Position numbers and translations under genes: made by a program. From the NCBI GenBank assembly GCA_013265495.1, contig MU058423.1:7450721-7514720 (forward strand): a DNA stretch of 64,000 nt, read 5' to 3'. The notes under the pieces are model-generated. The model saw nothing but the letters and a program-made list of their open reading frames with translations, was not told the origin of the DNA and made no database searches. Position 1 is the first letter of the stretch, and every line of letters starts with the position of its first letter. The stretch is from Vicugna vicugna (taxonomy: Eukaryota). Shown here in pieces: positions 1 through 13,293 of this stretch.

Positions 1-1065
1 AAATACATTATCAGCATCTCCTAGTAATATAAAGAGGAATGGCCATGTCCTTTCCACTTACATTTATGAAAAGGTAGAAAATAAAGGCAAGGCTTTCAAA
101 GAAGTAAAGAAAAAATATAGTGGTCTTTCTGACAAGGATGATTGCTGTAAAGATTAGTCAGTCTAGAAGTTTAATTGATTAATTAATTCCACCAATATTT
201 ACTGCATACACTGTATATGGAGCTCAGTATAAAGGGCTAAAAATACAGAGATAAACATGATCAACTCTGGCACAGTTATTCAACATGTATAATACTGTTC
301 ATTGCCATTTAACTGATTCTTTCATGTATTTTAAGACTTTAAGATTTTGGCATCATAAAATTATAATTACACTAAAACAGTCTGTTGAATGTTTTTCATT
401 ATCTTAACAGCTTCATTTTTTTCAGAAATAAGATGATTTATTTTTAATACTAACCAGTTAACACTCCAGTGGCCTTCTATGTGACTTTTACTATGAACAT
501 TACTTGCTACACTAAAGGCAATGAGACTTTTTCAGATGAAATCGGTATTTTACCTTCTCTTTTCCCAGCAGAATAGGATGATCTTTTCCCCCAAGAATAT
601 CTGTCTTTATTGGAGTTTCAGGTGTCAAACAATTAGAGCAAACTAATTTTTTATAAAATGCCTTCAATGTTTATCAGATCCTGAGAGATACTCAGGAAGA
701 AAAATTCGCCTACTTCAACGTAGAATTAAGAGAGACTGAGATGTTCACCTGCAGAATCAGAGCAATCTCTCTAATGTAATGAATGCCTGTTTAATGTGGA
801 ACTTTACATAATGCCATTAAAAAGAGGCAATATGATTGATTAGATCAGACAACTCCACATTTCACCAGTGTACCATTTTATGGCGTAGTGGGCATATGAA
901 TGAATGTTGAATGAAAGCAATTAATGTCATCGGTAAATATATTCTAGCTGGAAAGCTACATTTATAAAGCACTATATGGAAAGTTATTTATGTGATAAGA
1001 TTCGAAGTAAAAGGCTTTTTTAATGGAAAACAAAATGGAACATTGAAAATTGTTGGGAATTTGAA

Positions 1066-1335
1066 GAGATTTACAGATACTAACTAATATATATATAAAA
1101 TAGATAAATAGCATGTTCATACTGTATAGCACAAGGAACTATATTCAATATCTTACAGTAAGATATGGTGAAAAGAACATGAAAATGAATATATGTATGT
1201 TCATGTATGACTGAAGCATTATGCTGTACACTAGAAATTGATACAACATTGTAAACTGACTATATTTCAATAAATATATATATGTATGTGTATATATATA
1301 TATTTATATAAATTAACAACAACAACAACAGCAAA
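1066..1335 (+). mobile_element. Young L1 3' end (camelid/cetartiodactyl type), 5'-truncated, with (TA)n/(CAA)n tail
   Basis: Contains CTGTATAGCACAAGGAACTATATTCAATATCTT...GAAATTGATACAACATTGTAAACTGACTATATTTCAATAAA. Closely similar to the copies at 12766-12920 (+) and 63600-63800 (-). Confidence 0.85.
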
Positions 1336-1564
1336 GAAGTGAACACACCAAACGTCTGGCAAATAATTTGGAAAAAATTGCAGATTTATGAAAGTTATTT
1401 GAAAGACATCTCTCACATTTGTATCATGAAAAATCGCATGTAGATCCTGAAATATTTCACTACATTTACTTCAATTTTAACTTCCACGGGCATTAGAGAG
1501 GATTCTGAGCCAAGAGCCAAACAGTCAATGACAAATGGATCAACAAAACATTCACTGGAGAAAT

Positions 1565-1599
1565 TCAGTCGAAAGCCCTATCTCCCACCCTATTAAAAC
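1565..1599 (-). CDS. Candidate terminal coding exon segment (..FNRVGDRAFD*) of an unidentified minus-strand gene
   Basis: Minus-strand acceptor aatatcttattttgcag|GTTTTAATAGG; phase-1 frame reaches TGA at 1567-1565. No homology recognised. Confidence 0.25.
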
Positions 1600-1678
1600 C
1601 TGCAAAATAAGATATTCCAGTAAGTGCATTCAACAGTCCCTCTCAAAAATATTTCTGCATACTGCTTTCAGTCCTTAC

Positions 1679-1684
1679 AAAAAG
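1679..1684 (-). other. Candidate 6-nt microexon (CTTTTT)
   Basis: ttgctgtttttcatag|CTTTTT|gtaagg; a 79-nt intron separates it from the acceptor at 1600. Confidence 0.2.
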
Positions 1685-1989
1685 CTATGAAAAACAGCAA
1701 TTTTAAATGAGGATACCACCACTACGATGCTTCCCTTCATAGCAATGTTGGTCTTTACTGTGTCTAATAATGTCATGGGATCAGCATTGTGATGATCCCA
1801 AAATAAATCACAAGATTAAACTTTTGCTTAGGACTTCTAGATTATTCCATCATGTTACATATAGTATCTTCTCTAACCAATCACCCAAATGACCGCAAAT
1901 CTTTAAAGGATAAAATTATTATAAAATAAACAGAAGAAAATTGTCTCAAACTCCTTTCCTTATTTCCTTCATTTATGGAAAAATATACA

Positions 1990-2500
1990 TTTATGGAATG
2001 TATACTCCATTCTAGGCTCTGTTACTAGTACTATGAATTCATTAATAATAAGTAAAAAAATTAAAAAGTCACTGTCCTCATGGAACTCACAGGAGGAGCC
2101 AGAAAATAAACAAGAAAACAAGTAACATATGTAGTATTACAAATGCTGGTAAGTGGTAAGAAGAAAAGGAATAAATCAGGGAAGAAATGTGTATAAGGTT
2201 GAAAGGTTAACTGGGCAAGAAAAGTTTGTTTAAAAAGTAGAATTTGAATGAATACTGAATATAAAGTCATTCCCACAAGCTGAGCATGTTCAATGAACAT
2301 GAGAATGTGGGTCTGGCTACAGAGGGTGAGACAGAGCAGAGGAAATGAGATGAGAGAAATAAGAGAATCAGGGAGAAATTACAGGAATCTTACAGAGTAT
2401 TGTAAGTACTTTGGCTTTTACTCTGAGCAAAAGAGGAAACTATTACTAGCAGATTTTGAGCAACGAGTGACATGATTTGACATATATTCAATACTCTCCC
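1990..2500 (-). mobile_element. L2 LINE fragments
   Basis: Degenerate L2-like motifs such as ctgtcctcatggaactcaca and ttggcttttactctgagc...gattttgagcaacgagtgacatgatttgac. Confidence 0.55.
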
Positions 2501-2879
2501 TGTTGAGGATTCTTTTTACTTTGGGTTTATGAGACCATCCATTTATACAGTTAAATTTCCAGATACGCATTCTTGATGCCAATTATGTATCTCAAATTTA
2601 TATAACCCGCCCAGTTTCTAGAATTTACATGTCTTAGCTGTATGACCAACAGTATTATAGAATTTCTACAAAGAACAAAAGATAAAGTTTAAAGAACGTA
2701 TTCTACAAAAATAAGTTAATCAGATTTTTAAATGCTGCAGAGCAAAAGTTAACTAGAAAGTTAGAAAAGCCATCAATTCTAGACATGTTTAAATGCAACA
2801 GAAAAAACTCGAGAAATCAAGCTAACATTTATAAATATATCCTTAATATTTTAAGCAAGCTGCCAATAACTTCTATTAA

Positions 2880-4160
2880 CTTTCGTTTCATTTTTACTTT
2901 TATAGTTAGTGCTTTCTGTGCACTGAGAAATCTTTGCCTGCCCTAAGATGATAAATATCCATCCTATGCCTCTTTCCTATAACTTTTATAGTTTTAGTTT
3001 TCTTTTAAGTCTATGTCATATTTCAAGGTATGTGTGTGTGTGTGTGTGTGTGTGTTCTGAGGTAAGGATCCAATTTATTTGTTTTTTCCATGAATATATA
3101 CAGTTGTTTCAGCTCCATTTGTTGAAAATCTATTCATTTCCCATTAAATTACTTTGGTACTTTTGTTGAGAAACAATTAGCCACATACATGTTCATTCAT
3201 TTATGAACTTGCTATTCTGTTCCACTGAACTATTTATCTACTCTTATGACAATAGTACAATGCCTTGATTATTGAAGGTATATAGTATTTCTTAAAAATC
3301 AGTTAGTTGAATCTCTAACTTTTTCCTTATTTTTTCTTTATAGTTTATTTAGTATTTTTGCAATTCTGTATAAATTTTAGAATAAACTTGCCACGTAAGT
3401 TTTTGGAAAGTACAGTAGTTTATGATTCATTTGGGTAGGATTGGAGGATCTGTATTTGGCATAAGTAAGGGATGTTTTGTGGGGTTGTGTGATAGTAATC
3501 AAGGAGGTGAGGGGAACAGGTGACTCTGAAGAGGAATGAAGGACATGTTATTCATACATCTGTGAGAACATGTAATATATTCTTGTGTTTTAGATATGTT
3601 TATAGTTTTTGTTGTTTGTTTTTCTTGGATTTACTTCTAGGTATTTGATGTTGTTTGATATATTGTGCATGTATCTTAACACATAAGGCATATTCTAAAT
3701 CTTTTTGCTATAAACATAAACTGATATAAACTGATATGAACAAATTGGTTTTAATCAACCTTCTAGCCAGCCAGCTAATTTCACTTACAAATTCTAGTAA
3801 GTTAACTATAGAAACATTTCAATATACAAAGTCATAAATCTGTAATTAGTTAAATTTTCCTCTTTCCCAATATTTATTTATTAATCTATTTTCTTATTAA
3901 TTGCACCAGCCATTTTACCAAAACAATGTGGAAAAAAAAAATGTGACGGCATAGACCTTTGTCTTTTTCTGATCTGAAGAGGAAAGCAGGTTATTTGGTG
4001 AATTATGGTGATTATTATTGTTGTTGTTTTATCTTTTTGATCTGTCATTAATGTACATGAAATTCAGAGAATATTTTCTATTTTAAATATATTAGAGGAT
4101 TTTTCAACAATTAGTGTTAATTAGTTCTGAATAGAATAATCATATTCTGAATCTACTGAG
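2880..4160 (-). mobile_element. Old L1 (L1M) ORF2 remnants
   Basis: Antisense L1 ORF2 phrases: gagaaatctttgcctgccc, cagttgtttcagctccatttgttgaaa, ctattctgttccactg, aaattttagaataaacttg. Confidence 0.65.
3028..3055. repeat. (GT)n microsatellite
   Basis: gtatgtgtgtgtgtgtgtgtgtgtgtgt. Confidence 0.95.
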
Positions 4161-4169
4161 ATGATTAAA

Positions 4170-5470
4170 TGAGGCTTGTGTTCAGGAAAGCCAGGTAGCT
4201 GTACTCTTAAAGGGCACACACTAAATCTCACACGATCCAAGTCCCAGTGTAGAAGCAGTAGTTAAGAGCCTGGGTTAGACCCACTTGCTTATCTTGAGAG
4301 CCTCCCAGAGAGTCAGGAGATAACTGGAACTCTTCCGAGGATGGAGATGCTGGTGGCAGGCATTTTTGAGAGCTTATTCTACTCAATAATATCAGCACAA
4401 GAAAAGTAACTAGATATGTACAAGGGAACTCCCATTAGACTACCAGCTGACTTTTCAGTAGGAACTTTGCAGACCAGAAGGGAGTGGCACAATATATTCA
4501 AAGCTATGCAAGGAAAACACCCATAAGCAAGCATATTCAGTCTGGCAAGGTTATCATTCAGATTCAAAGAAGAGCTAAACAGTTTCACAGACAAGCAAAA
4601 GCTAAAATAGTTCAGCACCACTAAACTGTCTTTATAAGAAATATAAAAGGGACTTCTCTAAGCAGAAAGAAAAGGACACAACCAGAAATACAAAAATCAT
4701 AAAAGAAAAATTCTCACTGGTAAAGTCAAACATATAGTAATGGTAGCAGATCAACCACTTATAAAGCTAGTAGGAAGGTTAAAGGCAAAAGTAGTAAAAG
4801 GATCTAGATCTACAGTAAGTACTTAAGGGACACAGGGATACACAAACAAAATGATGTAAAGTGACGTCCAAAACATTAAACATGGCGGGAGGGAGTCAAA
4901 ATATAAGGTTTTTGGAATGTGTTTGAACTTGAGATCCTCACCTTAAAATAATAACATATATACATACATAGGTTATTATACATGAACCTCATGGTGATGA
5001 CAAATCAAAAGCCTGTAACAGATACACACACGCACAACGAGAAAGAAATCCAAATGTCACACTAAAGGTGGTCATCAAGTCACAAGGAAGAGAGCAGCAG
5101 CAGAAGAACAGAACAAAAAATGAACTACAAAAACAAACCAACACACAGAAACACCAAAATGAAAACAGACTTAGATGCAGAGAATAAACGCGTGGTTGTC
5201 AGAGGAAAATGGGGTGGGGGTACTAAATAGGGGAGGGTAGTTAAGACGTACAAACTTTCAGTTATAAAATAAATAAGCCATGGAGATGTAATAAATGGCA
5301 TAAGGAATATGTTCAATAATATTGTAGTAACTTTGTATGAGGACAGAGAGCTATTAGACTTACCGTGGTGAGCATTTTATAACGTATGCCAATGTCAAGT
5401 CACTATGTAGGACACCGGAAACTAACATCATGTTGTACATCAGCTGTATTTCTAAATAAATAAATAAAAT
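4170..5470 (+). mobile_element. Internally deleted L1 lacking ORF2 (HAL1-like): 5'UTR piece, ORF1 C-terminus, inter-ORF region, 3'UTR and A-rich tail
   Basis: From 4419 it translates YKGTPIRLPADFSVGTLQTRREWHNIFKAMQGK, like the L1 ORF1p C-terminal region. 5160-5460 is an L1MA/MB-type 3'UTR ending in aaataaa. No ORF2 sequence in between. Confidence 0.7.
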
Positions 5471-6129
5471 AACATAAATTCCTTATAGTGAAGAAATAAT
5501 GTACTCATTTTGGAAGATTAAATTTTCACTTTCTATTAGCTAATATTTTTGCATTTCCTTCAATATTAATTAGTTAGAGAAGATTAATTTTGTCATGATT
5601 TGTTGAAGTACTTGAAAAAAATGTTTATTAGGTGATTTTGAAAGAAATACACTCATTTTCATGCTGATTACCACTAATTTATTCAAATGAATTATGGAAA
5701 TTAAATATGCCTCTGTGTTGCTTCATCATAGCTGTAAGCAAATCCACTGAAAACACTTATATTAATTAGTTATTTGTGGTTTTTTTTTGTCATTTCCCTA
5801 TGGCCTTTAGAGATTTGATGTTTAAAAAAATACAATGTCAAACACATATATAAATGTTTCATACTAAAGAATTTTCTATTTCTTTGACACTGGCAAAACA
5901 ATATTAATGGTAATTAGCAATTTGGCAATGTTATGCTAACTAGACTTCCAACATGGTTTTATATTGTTATAGTTATGGTAGCATGTTTAAATAACTAATA
6001 CAATTCGTATATAGATTAATTCATTGGAATATTTATTTTCCAAATATGTATTACAGATACTCTTTCAAACCATAGGTCCTATACTACTGTCCAAATGATT
6101 GGACTTTACTTTTTAATAAATTCCAGTTC

Positions 6130-6520
6130 AAGGATCATTTGTAAAGCTCCTTTGTACCAGGTACTGTCAAAGTTCTGGGAGTACAGTTGTGAGAACAGAG
6201 TGTCTCCAAAATATTGAGGGTAGACAGATAATAAACAAGTAAATACAGGAAGTAAATTTTAGATGGAAATAAAAGCCATGGACAGAACAACAGGGTGATC
6301 TGGTAAAAAGCAGCATGGGATGGGAAGAGGCTACTTCAGATGGACAGTCAAGAAAGGTCTTTCTGAAAAGACAACATTGAACAGAGAATAAAATAACAGA
6401 AAGAAACTATCCATTAAAGAATTTGGGGTTCATAGAGGAGGACACTGTGAAGCATGGTGTGCAAAGGAAGGGAGACAGGAGGTGATGGTGGGGAGCCGGC
6501 CAGGAGATGCACAAGTTTTT
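6130..6520 (-). mobile_element. L2 fragment
   Basis: tgtaccaggtactgtc...ggagtacagttgtgagaacag...gaaaggtctttctgaaaagacaacattgaacagag. Confidence 0.5.
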
Positions 6521-6791
6521 ACTCAACGATAAGTGATTTGATATGATAGACATACAGTGTAGCTGTCAGGGTTCATCAGACTGGAGTCACTGGCATAAGT
6601 CAGTGTAAGGCCACAGGGCTGGCTGAGCTTCTCAAGGGATACTATACAAACAGAGCTGAAAAAAGGGTCAGATGTTACTCTTTAATTTGAGATATTATCT
6701 TAAGAGCTGTAGAGGCACAACAAATGCCAAGCAGTGTCTGAAATTAATCAAATTGCTATTGACCTAATATTGGTGATCCTGTTTCTTGCAT

Positions 6792-7022
6792 AATAATAAT
6801 AATTGCTAAAATATAGTGAATGATTATCATGTGCCTAGCACTGTTTTAAGTGTTTTGTTTGAACTAAGCCAAGTTCTGTGGTATGTTCTAAAATTAGCTA
6901 CATTTCAAGGATGGAGAAAACCACGCTAGAGAGGATAAACACCTCTCAAATATGCTCAGCTATTAAGTGGTAGAACCAGAACTAGAATCCAGGCAGTTCG
7001 ACACCAGAGCTCACTCCCTTAT
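6792..7022 (-). mobile_element. MIR SINE
   Basis: atgtgcctagcactgttttaagtg...cagctattaagtggtagaaccagaactagaatccaggcagttcgacaccagagc. Confidence 0.75.
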
Positions 7023-8587
7023 TCTGCTTCAAAAGTCATTATGTTTGCTTGGTACATATGGTGGGCTTACCCTTCCGGGGGCCTAGCATTAAATTTCTTA
7101 GAGACACGAGGATTTTTGGTGAGTTGGTTAAAAATCTGGCTCTAATTTTCTACCTATATCCATGTCTGTTGAAATGTGACTTTGTAGCTTAGCTCTTCAT
7201 ATCAAGAGCCTATTTACCCTTCTCAAACTGTGAGATACCTGTGACTTTGGCCAGTAAAACAAAAACAGAATGTTGCTCTTGATCTTAGGTCAATGGAAAT
7301 TTGATTAATTTCAGATCCTACTGAGAATCCATTCTGCCTTCAGGCTCTTAATACAGAACTGCAAATTAAGGAAAGATAGTCTTTATATCTGTGGTTGGTG
7401 CTGGCAGGAGTGACAAGGCAACAGACAAGACCTCAGGAGTCCTCGCATTTCTGCTCTCTCTTTCAGGATTTTGTCACTATTAAACAACAAACTTGTACTA
7501 GGCAGCTGGGGGATGAGAAAACAGATGGAAGCAAACCCAACTGTCCAAGCTGAGGTCATTCTAAATCAACCCAAAGACATAGAAAACATAGGAAAAAAAT
7601 TACCGTAAAATACATAGCATTTTACTATATTACCAACATTGGGGAAAAAAATCATATGATCACCTCAGAGGCAAAAATCTTCTTGATAAAACCTTTTAGC
7701 AGGTCTATGGAAAGAGAACTTTCTTAATCTTATTAAGTGTACCAAAAAGAACAAAATACTTTATCACTAAATTTTTTAAGCTTGACAAGAATAAATAAAT
7801 AAGATAAATAAAAAAATAGGACAAGAATGACTTCTCTTCACCAATTCTTCCACATTTAGATAGAAGCCTTACCAATGCAATAAGGCACCAAAATGAATAA
7901 AAGTCATACGAACTGAACAAAAATACATAAAACTGCCGTTTTTTGCAGATGACATTATTGTATGTGTTGAAAAATCTAGAAGTCCCCAAAGGAGAAATTA
8001 TAAGGATTAACAGGTCAGTATGGGAAGAGTACTGGTAAGGACCCTCGCACGGAAGAGTGGGCAGACTCAAACATGGTGACTGAAAAGTTTAATGAAGAGA
8101 CTCTCTCAGTGGCTGCAGGCAATTTTAAGAGAAACTAACAGGCTATGGTGAAGCCTGCAGTAAGGGGCAAGAGTAGGAAGTCTGACCTAAAGGGGGCAAA
8201 AATGGGCGATAGTGCCCGTGTTTGAGCACTGTCGCTGTAGGGTCAGGACACTACACATGACCTGTTTCCTTAAGTAAAGGGGTACAGCTACTTTTAAACC
8301 AATGCCTGGCAGGGGAAGAGCCTGAAAGATAAATTCCCATGCCTGTGTCTCCCTCTGCTCTCCTTTCTCCTGATAGTGCCTCCCATAGGTGAGCTCCCCA
8401 AAAAGGCAAGGGGGTTAGGAAATCAGTAGATGCGATCCATAAACTTCAGACTCCAGAAGCAAAGAACTGAGATGTAAATTAGATCTGAAAGGGCAGGGTT
8501 TGTTAGAGAATATGCAACAACAACAAAACACTTCCATTTTCTGTAAAAGGTCAATATAAAAAAAATTGTTCTATTTCTATATCCCAC

Positions 8588-9014
8588 TAGTAGGTTAAAA
8601 AGTGTTCCCCCAAAATTTATGTCCACCTAGAAACTGAACGTGTCACTTCATTTGGAAAGATCTTTGCAGGTGTAATAAGTTAAAGATTTTGAGATAATAT
8701 CATACTAGATTCGTGGCAAGCCCTAAATCCAGTAACTGGCCTCCTATGAAGAGGGAAAGACACAGAGACACAGGGAAGAAGGCCGTGTGAAGGCAGATGA
8801 GAGACTGAAGCTATACTTCAACAAGCCGAGGAATGCCAGGAGCCACCAGACACTGGAAAAGGCAAGGAACGGACTATCTCCAGAGCCTCCCATTAGCCTT
8901 GCCAATATTTTGATTTTGTTCTTCTGATCTCCAGAATTCTGAGAATAAATTGCTTTTGTTTAAAGCAACCCAGTTTGTGGTAATTTTGTATGGCATTCTT
9001 GGGAAATTAATACA
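8588..9014 (+). mobile_element. MaLR LTR (MLT1B/C-like) nested in L1
   Basis: ccccaaaatttatgtccacctagaa...ctttgcaggtgtaataagttaa...gagccaccagacactggaaaaggcaaggaacgga...gagaataaattgc...aaattaataca. Confidence 0.8.
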
Positions 9015-9821
9015 TCTACCAAAAATTATAATTGAAGTTGAAAACGGAGAACTAAATTAAAAAAATTGAATACCCAGTTAGACCACTACACAGAAAGCTA
9101 TAAAGCTGAATTTAAGATTAAAATGAAAAGTTAAGTATCTGGAGGAACAGCCAGTGAAAAATGGATTGAAAGTTTAAACTATTATAAAGATGTCAATTCC
9201 CCTCAAATTCATCTCCACGTTAAGTATATTACCAAGCAAAATCTCAATAGATATTTTTGCTGAACTTGACAAGCTCTTTACAAAGCTTGCAAGAAAATGC
9301 AAATGATTGAGAATAGCTGAGGTGCTCTTGAAAAAAAAAAGAACAAAGTAGGAGCAATTTCTCTACTGAATTTCAATAATTATAAGACTGTTAATTAAGT
9401 CATGTGATACTAATATAGATTAAGTACAGACAAGAATAAATAAATAGACCAGTGGAAAAGAATTGAGGGCCTAAAATAGATTTATGCACAAATGGATTCT
9501 TGATTTATGATCAATGCAGCCATGTACAACAGGGCACTGAGACAATAAGTATTTCAGTCAGCTGTGCTGGCTACATTGACATCCTTTGGGGCAAAAAAAA
9601 AAGAAGACCAACATTTGCAAAATCAATTCCAGTTTGATTGGATCTTTAAGTGAGAAAGGTAAAACAGTATCTCTTTTGGGAGATGGTATCAGATAATAAC
9701 AACACTATCTTGGGCTAGGGAAAGAGTTCTTAAATAAGGCATAATGCACTAAATATGAAGATACAGCTTGATAAATTAAACTATATTAAAATTAAGAACT
9801 TTTGGCAATCAAAATATGCCT

Positions 9822-10030
9822 GGCTATTTTGTCCAATATGATAACCGATAGCTGCATATGGCTATTAAATTTTAATTTAGTTAAATATAAATAAAATTAC
9901 ATACTCAGTTCTTCACTTGCACTAGCCATATTTCAAGCACTCAATAGCACATGCAGCCAATGGCCATTGTATACGAGAGTGTAGAGAGCATTTGCATCTG
10001 TGCAAAAATGCTTCTGCACAGCTGCTCTAG
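9822..10030. mobile_element. MER3/MER33-like hAT-Charlie DNA transposon nested in L1
   Basis: tgtccaatatg...atggctattaaatt...ctcagttcttcacttgcactagccatatttcaagcactcaatagcacatg...cagctgctctag. Confidence 0.75.
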
Positions 10031-11862
10031 AGTGAGGTAACACCAGACACAGAGTTGAGGAAGATCTTTACATAAATGTCAAAGATCTTGTATCCAGAAT
10101 ATATAAAAACTTCTATAAATCAACAAATAAGACAACATAATAATGAACAACAGAACAGCTGTAAGCCTGGAAAATATCTTGCATATGGAGAGGAGTAAGC
10201 GACAAAAAGAGCTACAGAAAATGAAATCAGAGAGATAACCAGTGGAAAAATAATGACAGGGCATTACATTCTCAGTGTGCTGGGAAAACACACCGAGAGG
10301 ATTCTAACCTGCTAAGTGGCATGAAGAGTTTTCACTTCAGAGGGTCCTTCTGGCTGCTGTGTAGAAAACAAGCTGCAGGTTATAAAAGTGGGAACCCAGA
10401 GATGAGTGAGGATATAATATTCATGCTAGAGACGACAGGGGTCTGGACTAGAAGGGGACATATGAAGTTAGAATTGATTAGGATCGGGACACAGTTTGAG
10501 AATAGTCCTGATTCTATTTGTTGTTTGATTTAAGTATATGTGTTAGTTAGTTAAACTAACTATAAAGTACAGAAGAATTAATGATTTGAAAGGTATGACT
10601 CTATGAAACTAAATTCTTCCTTGAGCTTATTTTGGGATATAGAATCAATTTTTCTGAAAGACATTTGGATAAACAAGCCTGAAAATTAGCAGAGGGCCAC
10701 ACCTAGAGAGAACGACTTAGGAGCCATCTTAACTTTTGCTTAACGTGCAGATGTGTGGAGAGAATAACCAGAACATAAGTCAGGATAATGGGACATCTTA
10801 TTTTTTATGCCATCAACAGAGGAGAAAAGCAAGTCACTACTGATACTAAAACAGAACTTTTTGACAAGTGAGAGAAGATGGAGAATAAGAGGCATCATAA
10901 CAGAGACGCTCCATAACTAAGACTGGGTTTGACAGTTGAGAGATGGGCTGGTCTGGGTTAGAAATGCTTTAGTATCGGGGTTGGAGGAGAAACTGAATTG
11001 GGTGGTAGAGCTGGATTGGGGAGTGGATTGGAAATTTTAAAAATTGAGATTGAAAAATGTAAAATAATGAAAACGAAGAACTTGAGATGATTGTATATAC
11101 ATGTATATGATCTATGATGTATATTCATTACGTACAGTATTAGGGCTAACCTATATTTTGGACATAATATCAGAAAGCTGTACCAATGTTTGGAAGAATA
11201 GTTTTGTTATGTGGATAAAATAAAGTAGAAAAGGTCCCACTTACTTTAGCAGAAATATTAGTAATAACGTATTTTTACATAAAAAATTGTAATTTAAGTA
11301 TATTTCAACACAGTGGACCATATGGACCTTCACAATAATCTTGAAGGATAGGAGTCCATGATACTGATAATAGAAATGAAAATCAGAGAAGTGAAGAGAC
11401 TTGCCCAAGAATCCAGGCTCTCTGATTCATTAAGCGAAATCCTATGGTAATTGACCATCCAATTTATCTCATGTCATAGAATGAGAAGAGTATGGACTTA
11501 GAATTAATGGAACAAATAGCCTATAATTCAGATAATGATGCAATTATAGAGAACTACATTCTTCTATTTAGTTATTTCCGGGCCAATACTTATTCCTCTC
11601 TTGGATAAAAATCACAGAACTCAAATGAATTACAAGGGACTGTCACTTTAGGTATCAGTTTAGGTGTCTCCCAGTTTAAGAACTATGAGAACTTCCATGA
11701 ACAAAGTTCTGTATATAAAATAGATTGGGTTTAAAATGGGATCTGAAAAAAGCATTAAGGAGTTCAACTTGGGATAAAAACAAGAAACTCTGTTTAAATA
11801 ATTGTTTACAAAAACAGTTTGCAAGCCAAGAGAGGCCACAGACCATGGTTAGAAGACCTCAC

Positions 11863-11883
11863 TGTTACGGGATAACTTCACAT
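11863..11883 (-). other. Candidate 21-nt microexon (phase 1: xVKLSRNx)
   Basis: gtttttttccaccttcacag|ATGTGAAGTTATCCCGTAACA|gtgagg, in unique sequence. Confidence 0.35.
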
Positions 11884-12701
11884 CTGTGAAGGTGGAAAAA
11901 AACATTCCAATCAGTTAATGTAGATTAAAGAACAAGAGGGGGAAAAAATCACAACAATAGTAAAGGAGAAGCAAATAACATTATTTAGGGCACTTAGGAT
12001 TTCTTTCAAAGTGTTTTTTCCCCTGGGAAAAACAAAATGAAGCACTGCAGAATCCATTGACGATTTTTTGTTTTCACTTTTTAATTTTGATTTAAAAAAG
12101 TGATGTGACATAGTCCATTGGAATGGACATTTGATACTGAATTAAAATATCTAGTTTTAAAATATGATTTCTGTCGACTAATATCAGAGTGAATGTTGGA
12201 AAATCACCTTATTTATTTGTTTGTTTTTTTTTCTTCTACTCTGCTAAATACAGAGCAGTTGTGATTTTCAAATGAGACAATACATATATTTCATATCATA
12301 TAACATTTTTAATGAAAGAAATTACACTCATAAAATTGTTCCAAAGCCATTTTTAGCATTATATTTAGTTTGAATATTTTGGAAACAATAATGTCAACTG
12401 AAAATTAATGGGTAGTTTAAAAAAGTAATTGATATTTGTCCCAGACAGAACCTCTGCTTGTTCCTCTCCTAAGCTGAGAAAAAGGAATGCCAGAAAAAAG
12501 CAGGGCAGTGCTATACAAAACAGTTTTTTCTTTTTCTTTCTTTCTGATTTCAGTAGCTATGACTTCATATAGGTTTAAAAAAAAAACTACTGTAATTACT
12601 ATTCTATAAAATCAGAATGTTCAGATATTTGATAATAAACTAATAAAATAAGTTTTAATCATTAGAATTTTATAGAGATAATCCAAATGCCTAAAGGTTA
12701 C

Positions 12702-12710
12702 CTGTTAAAG
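12702..12710 (-). other. Candidate 9-nt microexon (CTTTAACAG)
   Basis: ttttcttctttttaatgtcacacag|CTTTAACAG|gtaacc. Confidence 0.25.
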
Positions 12711-12737
12711 CTGTGTGACATTAAAAAGAAGAAAACT

Positions 12738-12930
12738 TGTTTATCTATCATAAATGGGTGTTGAACTGTATAGCACAGGGAAATATATCCAATATCTTGT
12801 AGTAGGCCATGGTGAAAAAGAATATGAAAATGAATATATGTACATTCATGTATGACTGAAGAGTTGTGCTGTACACTAGAAATTGACAAAACAATGTAAA
12901 CGGACTATACCTCAATAAAAAAAATGATAA
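12738..12930 (+). mobile_element. Young 5'-truncated L1 3' end with 15-nt TSD and short inverted 5' segment
   Basis: TSD aaaaagaagaaaact at 12723-12737 and 12931-12945; TT/AAAA endonuclease site at 12721; body 12766-12920 matches the copy at 1122-1274. Confidence 0.9.
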
Positions 12931-13293
12931 AAAAAGAAGAAAACTATTAATTACAATAATTAAAGCAGGAAATTGACAGAAAACAGTGAGGTATAATGTG
13001 CTTATCGCTGTTTTATTTAAGATATACTTTAGATGATCTATTAATGATAATTTGATCAAGAGGAATAAAATTTCATGATCACAAATCTGAGTTAATTTGA
13101 GTAGAGAAATAGCCACGTTGAAATTGTTCAGTTGATGAGAACAAAGCTTTTATAAACACAATACAAAGAGGAGGAAGTATTCAGATTCCCAGCTCAGTCT
13201 CCCAAGCTTACTAGTCACATGTTTAATTACAGAATTCATACATTTTCCCAAAGCCAACCAGTTACAATCCCTCTTTACTGAAACACTATTATT

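Larger units (their letters stand above)
7630..10150 (+). mobile_element. Old L1 ORF2 (RT and C-terminal region) interrupted by nested LTR and DNA elements
   Basis: tttgcagatgacattattgtatgtgttgaaaaatc (RT F-A-D-D motif, about 7942); aatagaccagtggaaaagaattgagg; ttaaaattaagaacttttg; gtatccagaatatataaa. Confidence 0.75.
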
